Notes under the pieces: model-generated
Told to the model about the DNA's origin: nothing
The model's database searches: none
The model's input: only the letters and a program-made list of their open reading frames with translations
Part shown: one piece after another, positions 47,918-56,926 of the stretch
Layout of the letters: every line of letters begins with the position of its first letter
Position numbering within the stretch: the first letter of the stretch is position 1
DNA from: Candidatus Scybalomonas excrementigallinarum
GTDB taxonomy: Bacteria > Bacillota > Clostridia > Lachnospirales > Lachnospiraceae
DNA: 64,000 nt
Assembly: GCA_018710905.1 (NCBI GenBank)
Contig: DVIZ01000074.1
Coordinates: 3,142-67,141, forward strand
Direction: 5' to 3'
Program-made: the position numbers and the translations under genes

Positions 47918-49393
47918 TTATACAGTTCCATTTGCTATTGCTTGAAAATAATGAATCAGTGGTAAAGAATGGAGTGCAAAGAAAATGGTAATACCACAAA
48001 ACAAGCCCATAGGTAGGAGCATGAACCAATTCGGATCTTTTACTTGTCCAAGACTTGTATAATCAAACTCTCTTCTTGGAGAATACACTCTTGCAACAAT
48101 CGTAAATAAATAAAGAGCCGTGAAAAAGGCGGATATCATAAGCACTGCTAATCCAATATAAGCAATTGGAGTTCCCTCTTTAATGGCGGCTTGTAGTAAA
48201 TACCATTTGCTAAGAAAGCCAGTCAGTGGTGGAACCCCAACAAGAGCAAAGGCAGATAGCGTAAAACAGACCATTAACTTTGGCATTTTTCTAGCAAGCC
48301 CTGTTAACTCAAAAATATATTCTCTCTTCGTTTCATGTAAAATTGCACCTGCACAAAAAAACAGAACAATTTTCATTAAACTATGAAATACCATATGGGC
48401 AAGCGCACCTACCAATCCAAGTGGTGACATTAACAAAGTTCCAAAAATAATATAAGATAAGTTACTCACAGTAGAATAGGCAAGCCTTCTTTTAAAATGT
48501 TGTTCCTTTACTGCTCTTGCAGAACCATAAAATATTGTGATAATTGCCAATAGCAAAACGATACTTTGTGCCCAAGTATTTTTTACAAGAGATGTACCAA
48601 AACTATAGTATGTGATCCTCATAATGGCAAAAGCCCCTGCATTTACAACTGCTACTGCATGTAAGAGTGCCGTTACAGGAGTCGGTGCTACTGATGCCAC
48701 TGGTAACCATCCATGAAAGGGAAACATGGCAGACTTGACGCCAAATCCAATAACAGATACAACGTAAGCGGACTGTAATAACGTAAGAACCATTCCTGTT
48801 ACTTCTTTTGTAATAACTCCACCATATACAAAACGAATGGTATCTCCATATCCAAGAATAAAAATAAATCCAATAAAGGCAAATGCCGCCCCTCCAATGG
48901 AATAAAACACATACTTTCTCCCTGCTTCTATAGCCGCTTTACTCATAGAATGCATAACAAGAGGGAATGTTACAAGCGTTAACATTTCATAAAACATATA
49001 AAGTGTCATTAAATTATCGGCAAAAGCGATGCCATTTGCAACACCATACGTCATTAAATAAAAGGTAAAAAACCTCGTTTCATGTCCTTCTTCTTTCATA
49101 TATTCAAACGCATATAATATAGCAAATGGCCAAAGCCCTGCCATAATTCCCGCAAATATTTTAGAAAGTCCATCCATATGAAAGGTAATCTCTAAAGGTC
49201 CTGCTAAATTTGCAAATCGAAAACTCTCTTGTGGAGTCCATAAGATCAAACTAAGCACAAGAAGAGAAGTTAAAATTGTGATTCCTTCAATATAGATATA
49301 TTGTGTCCTCTTTGTTTTCCATGGAACCATTGGTAAAAAAGCCCCTCCAATGAGAGGGAATAAAATCGCAACAACTAAAAAATATGAATTCAT
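47918..49393 (-). CDS. MrpD/NuoM/N-type antiporter-like subunit (copy 3)
   Basis: 14-TM profile with the HGWLP.A...PTPVTALLHA motif. Confidence 0.8.
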   Translation of the reverse strand: MNSYFLVVAILFPLIGGAFLPMVPWKTKRTQYIYIEGITILTSLLVLSLILWTPQESFRFANLAGPLEITFHMDGLSKIFAGIMAGLWPFAILYAFEYMKEEGHETRFFTFYLMTYGVANGIAFADNLMTLYMFYEMLTLVTFPLVMHSMSKAAIEAGRKYVFYSIGGAAFAFIGFIFILGYGDTIRFVYGGVITKEVTGMVLTLLQSAYVVSVIGFGVKSAMFPFHGWLPVASVAPTPVTALLHAVAVVNAGAFAIMRITYYSFGTSLVKNTWAQSIVLLLAIITIFYGSARAVKEQHFKRRLAYSTVSNLSYIIFGTLLMSPLGLVGALAHMVFHSLMKIVLFFCAGAILHETKREYIFELTGLARKMPKLMVCFTLSAFALVGVPPLTGFLSKWYLLQAAIKEGTPIAYIGLAVLMISAFFTALYLFTIVARVYSPRREFDYTSLGQVKDPNWFMLLPMGLFCGITIFFALHSLPLIHYFQAIANGTV

Positions 49394-49405
49394 CTTAACT
49401 CCCTC

Positions 49406-50887
49406 CTAAAATACTTCTTGAATAATGACCGTGAGCAAATCCATAAATGGTTTTGGATACAATCCGAATAATACGCCAAGGACAGCATAAATAACGACAG
49501 GCTCTTTCATAGCTATTGCCACATCTTTTTTTGTATAAGTACCATAATTTCCTCTTTCTCCTGGAAAAAATGCTTTCATTGCAATTGGCAACAAATATCC
49601 CGCTGTTAAAATCGCACTGACTAATAAAAGAGCAGGCCCTATCCACCATATTCCTCTGATCTGGCTTTCCATCGCTCCTTGTGCCAAATACCACTTGCTT
49701 AAAAAGGCACTGGCTGGAGGAACTCCAATTAAAATTAAAGAGCCCATTACAAATCCCCACATAGTAACTGGCATGCGTTTCCCAATACCAACTAATTCCT
49801 CTACTCGATGTTTTCCTGTCCGATAAATGATAGAACCTGCTGTTAAAAATAAGGTATTCTTTGCAATAGAATGAAAAACCACATGCATCAAAGCTCCCAT
49901 CATAGCAATCGGATTTAACAAGGCCAGTCCAAATAAAATATAAGAAACTTGACTCACTGTCGAATACGCTAATCTCTTTTTTAAAACGGGTTCCTTATAC
50001 GCTAACATAGAACCCATAATAATCGTAATTAACGAAAGCACAATCCAAACTTCTTGAACCCACGTACCTTTTATAAAATCCACACCAACTCCATAAAAAA
50101 TAACGCGACAAATCGCTAACACTCCCATTTTTGTAACATTTCCTGAAAAAAGTGCAGAAGCTGGAGCTGGAGCTACGGGGTGAGCTGTTGGCAACCATGC
50201 ATGAAGTGGAAACATTCCTGCCTTACATCCAAACCCTAAAATCATAATAAAGACCATAGTAAGCAATAATGTTTCATGTCCCTTTACAAGTTCCATGTCC
50301 AAAAATCCACCTGCTTTAAAATCCATAGAAGTATCGTTTGTAAACTGTGCTAATACCGCAATTCCACTAAACCCCATAAACGCCCCTGCTACCGAATAAA
50401 ATAAAAACTTTAATCCTGCTCCAATGGCATCTGCTGTCTGTGTATGCAAAACAAGTGCTACTAAAGAAAGTGTCATCCATTCATAAAACAAATACATTGT
50501 AATCATATTTCCCGCACAGCAGACCCCTAAAATAGCACCTAAGGAAACTAAAAAAAACATCGTATAACGCCTTGTATGTTCTTCATGTTTTAAATATACT
50601 TCGGAATAATTAGCAGAAAGTAACCACATAAATTCCGTAAGCAATAAAAACATACGCCCCAATTTATCAATCTTGAAATAAATATTAACCCCATCGATAA
50701 TTTCAAACATAACAAGTTGATGCCCAGAATGAGCAAAGAAAAAAGAAGATACTAACGTAACAAGCACTACAAAAAAAGCATAAATACTCTCTTTTTTTCT
50801 CCCTCTCACCCACGGAATCACATATAAAAGCCCTCCTGCTATCATAGGAAGCAGGATTGGTATCAACAACGTAATATCACCTTTCAT
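49406..50887 (-). CDS. MrpD/NuoM/N-type antiporter-like subunit (copy 2)
   Basis: LHAWLPTAHPVAPAPASALFSG motif. Confidence 0.8.
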   Translation of the reverse strand: MKGDITLLIPILLPMIAGGLLYVIPWVRGRKKESIYAFFVVLVTLVSSFFFAHSGHQLVMFEIIDGVNIYFKIDKLGRMFLLLTEFMWLLSANYSEVYLKHEEHTRRYTMFFLVSLGAILGVCCAGNMITMYLFYEWMTLSLVALVLHTQTADAIGAGLKFLFYSVAGAFMGFSGIAVLAQFTNDTSMDFKAGGFLDMELVKGHETLLLTMVFIMILGFGCKAGMFPLHAWLPTAHPVAPAPASALFSGNVTKMGVLAICRVIFYGVGVDFIKGTWVQEVWIVLSLITIIMGSMLAYKEPVLKKRLAYSTVSQVSYILFGLALLNPIAMMGALMHVVFHSIAKNTLFLTAGSIIYRTGKHRVEELVGIGKRMPVTMWGFVMGSLILIGVPPASAFLSKWYLAQGAMESQIRGIWWIGPALLLVSAILTAGYLLPIAMKAFFPGERGNYGTYTKKDVAIAMKEPVVIYAVLGVLFGLYPKPFMDLLTVIIQEVF

Positions 50888-50897
50888 TTTTTACCTC

Positions 50898-52391
50898 CTA
50901 CGCAAAACGACTTAATCCTTGCTCGATCATACGAATAATATAATAAGATCCAAAACCTAAAATAAAATTTAAGCTAATAAAAAGAGAAACGGAACTATGA
51001 AAAGAGATTTGATTTTGAAATTTGGCATCTCTCTCTCTTTTGTTAGAAGGTGTGTAAAGTAAAATCACTGCTCGCATAAAATAAACAGCATTTAAAATAG
51101 TGCTAATGGCTAATGCTGCCATTCCTATCCCCATTTGGATGGGCGATGCTGTAAAAGCTGCCTCTGCAAAGTATACTTTTGAAATAAATCCTGCAAACAT
51201 TGGAATCCCAACCATAGAAAAAGCTCCTACACAAAATCCAATTCCCGCCATTTTATTTCGAATTCCTGCGCCTTTTAAATCACGAAATTCTTTGCTATCT
51301 CCCGATACACTAGAAAGCCCTGCCGTTGTTATAAATAATAAAGCTTTTGATGCAGCATGAGATAAAATATGAAAAACAGCTGCTATCATACCAGCTTGAC
51401 TTCCAAAACCAATTCCCATATAAATATATCCAATTTGAGCAATCGAAGAATACGCAACCATTCTTCTCATATCATGTTCTTTTATAGCATTAAAAGATCC
51501 CATCATCATTCCTGCAATGGCAAAACAAAATAAAATATAATTGGTTCCGTGAGCCGTAATCACTTCCATCCCAATAACACGATAAAAAACCTTTAATAAA
51601 AGAAAAATATAGCTTTTTGATACAAGGCTCGATAAAATCGCACTGGATGCAGCAGTGGAATATCCATAGGCTTCTGGAAGCCATGTATGAAAAGGAAATA
51701 AAGCACTTTTAATTGCAATCCCAACACAAATCAATGCGATAATTACTGTGAGTGGGACTTGATATTCTCCTGTCTTTGCAATCGTTGCAATTTCTGTTTT
51801 CATATTACTCATCAGCAAATGTCCTGTTAAGTCATACAGCAAAGAAATGCTAAGCAATAACATTCCAGAACCAACTAAGCTCATAATCATATATTTTGTG
51901 GCCGCAACGATACTATGCCCATTATTTCGAATCATAATAAGTCCTGCGGCTGCAATTGTGTTAATTTCAACAAATACATAAGCGGTAAATAAATCGTTTG
52001 TATAAATTAAAGCTAGCATAGAACTCATTAAGAGACTTATCATCGTCCAATAAAGATTTTGTTTTGTCTCTTCCACTTCTTCTATTATTTTATAAAGCCC
52101 TCCTGCTAGGGATAAAAGCATAATAACACAGAAGAAAACAGCCATAAAGGACTCTAAAATCCCAATTCGAATTTCATTTCCCCAAGGTGCTGGAAAATGT
52201 CCCATATAATAAACATATGGCTCTTTTCGCATAAGCGCATCATAAAAAGTGAAAGCGGAAAGCACTCCTACTACCCCTAATAAGAAAAAGCAAAAACGTC
52301 TTGCTTTTTTTGCAGATAAAACAGAACTAAGAACACCACCTGCTAAGCATAATAAAATCGTAATAAAAGGAAAATTTTGTATTAAATCCAT
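50898..52391 (-). CDS. MrpD/NuoM/N-type antiporter-like subunit (copy 1)
   Basis: FHTWLPEAYGYSTAASSAILS motif. Confidence 0.8.
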   Translation of the reverse strand: MDLIQNFPFITILLCLAGGVLSSVLSAKKARRFCFFLLGVVGVLSAFTFYDALMRKEPYVYYMGHFPAPWGNEIRIGILESFMAVFFCVIMLLSLAGGLYKIIEEVEETKQNLYWTMISLLMSSMLALIYTNDLFTAYVFVEINTIAAAGLIMIRNNGHSIVAATKYMIMSLVGSGMLLLSISLLYDLTGHLLMSNMKTEIATIAKTGEYQVPLTVIIALICVGIAIKSALFPFHTWLPEAYGYSTAASSAILSSLVSKSYIFLLLKVFYRVIGMEVITAHGTNYILFCFAIAGMMMGSFNAIKEHDMRRMVAYSSIAQIGYIYMGIGFGSQAGMIAAVFHILSHAASKALLFITTAGLSSVSGDSKEFRDLKGAGIRNKMAGIGFCVGAFSMVGIPMFAGFISKVYFAEAAFTASPIQMGIGMAALAISTILNAVYFMRAVILLYTPSNKRERDAKFQNQISFHSSVSLFISLNFILGFGSYYIIRMIEQGLSRFA

Positions 52392-52765
52392 TACAAATCC
52401 TCCTTCTTTGCAAGCATGGCGATTTCATCAATATCCAATGTATGATATCTTCGATAGAGCCGAATTGTTAGAGATAGCATTAATGCGGTCACACTTACAG
52501 ACACAACAATTCCTGTTAAAACAAGTCCACTCGGTACAGGGTTAATAAAGGATTCTTTTCCTTCTAACCCTTCTGCAATAATCGGTGCAACCCTTCCTGT
52601 TATATATCCTTTTGCCGCTAAAAATAAATAAACTGCTGTATCCATAATATTAAGCCCCATAATTTTCTTAATCATATTACGATTGAGTAATAACATTGTA
52701 AATCCAATGCCAAATAAAACAATCGATACGGTCTCATAATAATGATTCAATAAATGTTGTAACAC
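52391..52765 (-). CDS. mrpC: MrpC/NuoK-like subunit
   Basis: Three-TM profile. A GTG at 52765 lies 6 nt after AAGGGGGAA and directly after the mrpB stop. The longer track ORF (to 52834) would overlap mrpB by 68 nt. Confidence 0.7.
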   Translation of the reverse strand: MLQHLLNHYYETVSIVLFGIGFTMLLLNRNMIKKIMGLNIMDTAVYLFLAAKGYITGRVAPIIAEGLEGKESFINPVPSGLVLTGIVVSVSVTALMLSLTIRLYRRYHTLDIDEIAMLAKKEDL

Positions 52766-52766
52766 C

Positions 52767-53804
52767 CTACATTCCCCCTTTTCGAAACAGTGTATAAAAG
52801 GCATACATCGTACAGGCAACAACCATTCCAACACAAATATTTAAAAGTAAAATAAATCCTCCACTTAAAATAGCCCCTGGCGTTCCAAGGGGAACGATAC
52901 TTTCTAGATGATTCGCTCCTGTATAAAAAGAATAGCCTTTTGTACAAGCGTAACATAATAAAGAAACAATGGATATTCTAGAGAATGTCTTATAAGTAAA
53001 AAACCTCTGGATTTTTTTATAGCCAAATGCATTTAAATATAAAATAAGTCCTGCTCCTATAATTGCTCCTCCTGAAAAGCCTCCTCCTGGTGATAAATGC
53101 CCATTTAAGATAACATAAATACCGAATAGCATAATCGTTGGAACGAGAAAGAATGCAACTTTTTTCAAAATAGTATCTTCATCTTTCTCATAAATTTCCT
53201 CCGTATTCGCTTCTTCTATTTCTTCCTTTGTCGTATTTTCTTTTTTTACTTGATCCACTCTAAGGAGAATTAAAACAGCACAGGCCCCAATGAATAATAC
53301 GTGAGATTCGCCTAATGTATCAAAAGCACGGTAATCTAAAATCATACCAGTTACAATATTCGTAGCTCCTGTCTCCTCTAACCCTTTTTCAATATACCGC
53401 TCAGAAACTTCATTATTGCTTGGATTATCTTTATTTCCAAATTCAGGCAAATAAGATACGGTCACTAACAAAATTCCAATAATAAAAACACAAAGAATCA
53501 CTGCTGCCACTTGATAAATACGATTAAAAATTTTTACGCCTCTCTTTTCTGGCCATGTCTCATATCGTTTTGATAATTCTAATAATTCTTTTCTCAGCTC
53601 TTCATAATGGGCTCGTTCTTCTTCTCCATCGTTTGGTATTTCTGAAAAAGCACGATAAACACGATCTTCCACTGACACCCTTTTTAAATGAGCTTCGTAT
53701 TTATCTGTTTCCTTTTCAACGATCCCGTCTTCCTCTTCTCCATTGACCCAATACTTTAACCGATACCATAAAGTAGATTCATATTTTTCATTCTTCTTGC
53801 TCAT
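52767..53804 (-). CDS. mrpB: MrpB-like subunit with hydrophilic N-terminal extension of about 100 aa
   Basis: MnhB signature NIVTGMILDYRAFDTLGE. The N-terminal 100 aa are rich in Glu and Lys. Confidence 0.7.
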   Translation of the reverse strand: MSKKNEKYESTLWYRLKYWVNGEEEDGIVEKETDKYEAHLKRVSVEDRVYRAFSEIPNDGEEERAHYEELRKELLELSKRYETWPEKRGVKIFNRIYQVAAVILCVFIIGILLVTVSYLPEFGNKDNPSNNEVSERYIEKGLEETGATNIVTGMILDYRAFDTLGESHVLFIGACAVLILLRVDQVKKENTTKEEIEEANTEEIYEKDEDTILKKVAFFLVPTIMLFGIYVILNGHLSPGGGFSGGAIIGAGLILYLNAFGYKKIQRFFTYKTFSRISIVSLLCYACTKGYSFYTGANHLESIVPLGTPGAILSGGFILLLNICVGMVVACTMYAFYTLFRKGGM

Positions 53805-54048
53805 ACTCCTCCTCCTTTAATGCATGAATTTTTCGCAATGTTACAAAAAATAGCACACTTGTAATGCCTGCACCTACTGCTGCTTCTGTGATTGCCAAAT
53901 CTGGGGATTCTAATAAAATCCATATCATTGACATAATCAAACTATACGACATAAAAATAATAATAGAATTTAATAAATCTTTACTTAAACTAACTGCAAT
54001 GGCACAAGCCAATAAAAACGTAAGCAATCCATATACAAATGGTGTCAT
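53788..54048 (-). CDS. small MbhD/DUF4040-like membrane subunit
   Basis: 86 aa with three TM helices and the SPDLAITEAAVGAG motif. Confidence 0.6.
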   Translation of the reverse strand: MTPFVYGLLTFLLACAIAVSLSKDLLNSIIIFMSYSLIMSMIWILLESPDLAITEAAVGAGITSVLFFVTLRKIHALKEEEYEQEE

Positions 54049-54371
54049 CTCTTCTCCACCTCACATTCTTTTCTTACAATTTCCTGCTCGGATTCCACTT
54101 CTAATCGACTGATCAAATGACTCGATACGGGACTAGCAAACCATAAAAAACCAAGCACTAATAATAATTTTAACATCTGAAAAGAAAGACCACTACAAAT
54201 AATAAGTGCGATAATAACGAGCAAAAGTGCCAGTGTATCAATAATTGCTGCTGCGTGCATCCGATTTAATACAAAATGAAAGCGATACACTCCATAAACG
54301 GCACAACAAGCAGCAATGACACCACCGAATAAAAAAAGCACTACAATCCCAAATCGTATCCATTCAAACAT
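54045..54371 (-). CDS. mrpG: MrpG-like subunit
   Basis: 108 aa with three TM helices and the R.H.....DT.. motif (RMHAAAIIDTLA). Confidence 0.7.
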   Translation of the reverse strand: MFEWIRFGIVVLFLFGGVIAACCAVYGVYRFHFVLNRMHAAAIIDTLALLLVIIALIICSGLSFQMLKLLLVLGFLWFASPVSSHLISRLEVESEQEIVRKECEVEKR

Positions 54372-54690
54372 GACTCTTCTCCTTTCTCTCTTCCTCTCTT
54401 TGTTTTTTCCTCAAATAAAGAGACATATGAATCTTCGTCAGTACAATAACAGCTAGGAAACTTAACATGGCATAGACAAGGCATACATCTATTAAATATC
54501 CCTCTTTCAAATAAATCGCTAAAATTCCTATCATCATAATCGTCAATGTTCCAATCATATTAATTGCTACAATTCTATCCGCCATAGAAGGCCCTAAAAT
54601 AGCTCGAAATAAGCATAAAATAACGAGCACTGCAAAAATAATAAGTGCTACAGTAAAAACAACTTGATAGGCATATAATAATTGGCTCAT
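54364..54690 (-). CDS. mrpF: MrpF-like subunit
   Basis: The start overlaps the mrpE stop as ATGA. Carries the ..ILGPS.ADRIVA.. motif. Confidence 0.7.
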   Translation of the reverse strand: MSQLLYAYQVVFTVALIIFAVLVILCLFRAILGPSMADRIVAINMIGTLTIMMIGILAIYLKEGYLIDVCLVYAMLSFLAVIVLTKIHMSLYLRKKQREEERKEKSHV

Positions 54691-55172
54691 GATTCTTCCT
54701 CCATTTCTTTTAATAATTTCACAAAGCAAGAATCTTCTATTCCTTCGGATAATTCTTTATCAAGACAATGCACTTCATATGTGTTATCTTTTAAAGATAC
54801 GGTAATCGTTCCTGGAGTCAACGTAATGGAATTGGCTAACGCTACTTTTGCATTTTCTGTCTTTAAATCTGTTTTAAATGTTATAATCGCTGGCTCTACT
54901 TCCTCTTTTAACGTAAAAATATAATGCAACACTTGTACATTCGCTTTTATAATTTCTCTTATCAATAAAAAAAGATAGCGAATTCCCTTTCCACATTTTT
55001 TGATTCGATTCCATTCTGTCTTAGGATTATAGTCCATATACTTACAAATAAACCAATAAAGCAGTCCAGACAAAAAAATTCCAAAAATCAAAATCTCTAC
55101 GGTAATTCTTCCATTAAAAATAATCCAAATCGCTAGAAAAAATAAATACACCCTTATCACCATCTTTCTCAA
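54687..55172 (-). CDS. mrpE: MrpE-like subunit
   Basis: Two N-terminal TM helices plus the ..LANSITLTPGT..V motif. Confidence 0.7.
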   Translation of the reverse strand: MRKMVIRVYLFFLAIWIIFNGRITVEILIFGIFLSGLLYWFICKYMDYNPKTEWNRIKKCGKGIRYLFLLIREIIKANVQVLHYIFTLKEEVEPAIITFKTDLKTENAKVALANSITLTPGTITVSLKDNTYEVHCLDKELSEGIEDSCFVKLLKEMEEES

Positions 55173-55594
55173 TAATATTTTCGAAATCCTGCTTCTTTTG
55201 TATACCCCATCTTTTCATAAAAATGATGTGCTCTTTCTCGTATCATTCCCGATACTAAAATAGCATAATAGCAATCTTGCTCTTTTGACCACTGTTCCAT
55301 CGTTTCAAATAATTGCTTTGCAACTTCTTTCCCATGATAATTTTCGTCTACAATGACATTTTCTATTACAAGAAATTTTCTACAATCACCGTAAACATCT
55401 TGGCAACAAACTCCCATCACAAACCCTATCAGTTTCTCTCCTTCAAAAGCCCCAAACAGTCCATAGTCCTCATTCTTTTCTAATCTCCTTATCGTTTCTT
55501 TTAATTGCGTCAGACTCCCCTTTTCATCCCCTAATTGAACGAAAAGCTCTTGTAGCTGTTTCGCATTTTGCTCTGTAACAAATCTAATTTCCAT
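55169..55594 (-). CDS. GNAT family N-acetyltransferase, translationally coupled to mrpE
   Basis: GNAT fold pattern (V.ENV.VDENYHGKEVAKQL...). ATG at 55594 follows AAGGAGAG. Its stop overlaps the mrpE start. Confidence 0.7.
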   Translation of the reverse strand: MEIRFVTEQNAKQLQELFVQLGDEKGSLTQLKETIRRLEKNEDYGLFGAFEGEKLIGFVMGVCCQDVYGDCRKFLVIENVIVDENYHGKEVAKQLFETMEQWSKEQDCYYAILVSGMIRERAHHFYEKMGYTKEAGFRKYY

Positions 55595-55850
55595 TGGTTC
55601 TCTCCTTTTGATTTCCATTTTTCATCTTATATATAAAATATAACTAATTTCTCCTAATTTTTCCACATAAATTATGTATAAAATTTCATTTTTTTATTTT
55701 TTCCTAACATTATTTAGTTTTTCCGCCCTTATTATAGGGGTTTTTATTTTATTTTTTATCATATTTTTCTAAATTTACTACTCTGTAATGCTTTTTTCTA
55801 TCATAGAAATCCTATTACTGTAACATAAAAATGACGAATTTTCCTATGAT

Positions 55851-55903
55851 AAAAAAAATTAGCCAAAGTTTTACATCGTTTTCTCTTGTAAAACTTTGGC
55901 TAA
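55851..55903 (-). terminator. intrinsic terminator after the CobW-module genes
   Basis: 17-bp stem TTAGCCAAAGTTTTACA / TGTAAAACTTTGGCTAA with an 8-U tract on the minus strand. Confidence 0.8.
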
Positions 55904-55920
55904 TAAAAATTTATCGATAA

Positions 55921-56877
55921 TTAAAAGTAAATAAGATCATCTTCTGGTTTTTCTGCTTTTTCAATTCTTTCTGCATAAAGAACTGGACCTTTTCCTTCGT
56001 ATTCCTCATTATATTCACATACGATTTTAGCAGTCAGCATAATCCAGTCACGATTTTTTACGCTCTTCATTGTGCTAGATTTTACATGTTCCATTTTACA
56101 CATAATGCCTAAAAACTGAATATCATCTGCACAACAAGTCATAGCAAAACGTCCTGGAATAATGAGCCCCTTTGGAAATTCTGGTGGTTTACACACAATT
56201 GCTTTCATATGAATTTCTTTTCCATCATATCGTTCTGGATGATCCATTGCATCCATATACCAAATACCATAATCATCATCTTCCAATTCAATTTTTGGTA
56301 AATCCATATTATATGGAAGTGATTCTTCTACTGGTACATCATCATATCCATCTGCCATTTCAAACATTACTTGTAACTGACGATTTCCAGAACGAATCAG
56401 ACGACGATAGCTACCGCGATCCATTTCTGGAGTGCAACGATTCATAATTACCATTTCGGAATATTTAAACATCTCTACTGCTAAAGAACGCATGTTGTTC
56501 ATATAAACTTCAAACGTTGTAGCATCAACTAAAGCAATCGTCTGATAAAGTTCTAATAAGTTTGTATCTTGAATCGCATCAATACCATCTGCCACATTCC
56601 ACATTCCATTGTATTCAATCATAACACGCTCTGGAGTATGTTTTTTCAATAGCTGTTTTAAATTTTCTTCTGTAAATTCTTCTTCATCTTCGATAGTTTC
56701 TATCACACAATTGGCTTCCTTTAGAATCTGATCATCATATTCTTCTTCGCCTTCTTCACAGGCAATTACCAATGTCTTTTGTCCATCTGCAAAATAATCT
56801 TCCTGTAAAGTATCTTGAATAAAAGTTGTTTTACCACTTTCTAAGAACCCTAGGAATAAATAAACAGGTATTTCCAT
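55921..56877 (-). CDS. degenerate P-loop (CobW-N-like) domain fused to a DUF1980/TIGR03943-type C-terminal CCxxD domain
   Basis: The N-terminus has FLGFLESGKTT, and there is no CxCC motif. The C-terminus has PGRFAMTCCADDIQFLG. Confidence 0.55.
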   Translation of the reverse strand: MEIPVYLFLGFLESGKTTFIQDTLQEDYFADGQKTLVIACEEGEEEYDDQILKEANCVIETIEDEEEFTEENLKQLLKKHTPERVMIEYNGMWNVADGIDAIQDTNLLELYQTIALVDATTFEVYMNNMRSLAVEMFKYSEMVIMNRCTPEMDRGSYRRLIRSGNRQLQVMFEMADGYDDVPVEESLPYNMDLPKIELEDDDYGIWYMDAMDHPERYDGKEIHMKAIVCKPPEFPKGLIIPGRFAMTCCADDIQFLGIMCKMEHVKSSTMKSVKNRDWIMLTAKIVCEYNEEYEGKGPVLYAERIEKAEKPEDDLIYF

Positions 56878-56926
56878 CTTTTTTCCTCACAATTTTTATT
56901 TTTCTCTTTTTCTTATTTTTAGTTTT

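Noticed and set aside
49395-49760. 121-aa ORF in an alternative frame of the MrpD-like gene (similar cases at 5795..6067, 28175..28429, 43620..43805, 51490..51684 and 52747..52956)
   Set aside because: These are same-strand nested frames inside strongly supported membrane-protein genes, with no independent signals.
52766-52834. Long form of the MrpC-like ORF starting at 52834
   Set aside because: It would overlap mrpB by 68 nt and add a non-hydrophobic Cys-rich N-terminus. The GTG at 52765, with an AAGGGGGAA SD directly after the mrpB stop, fits the operon's tight coupling better.
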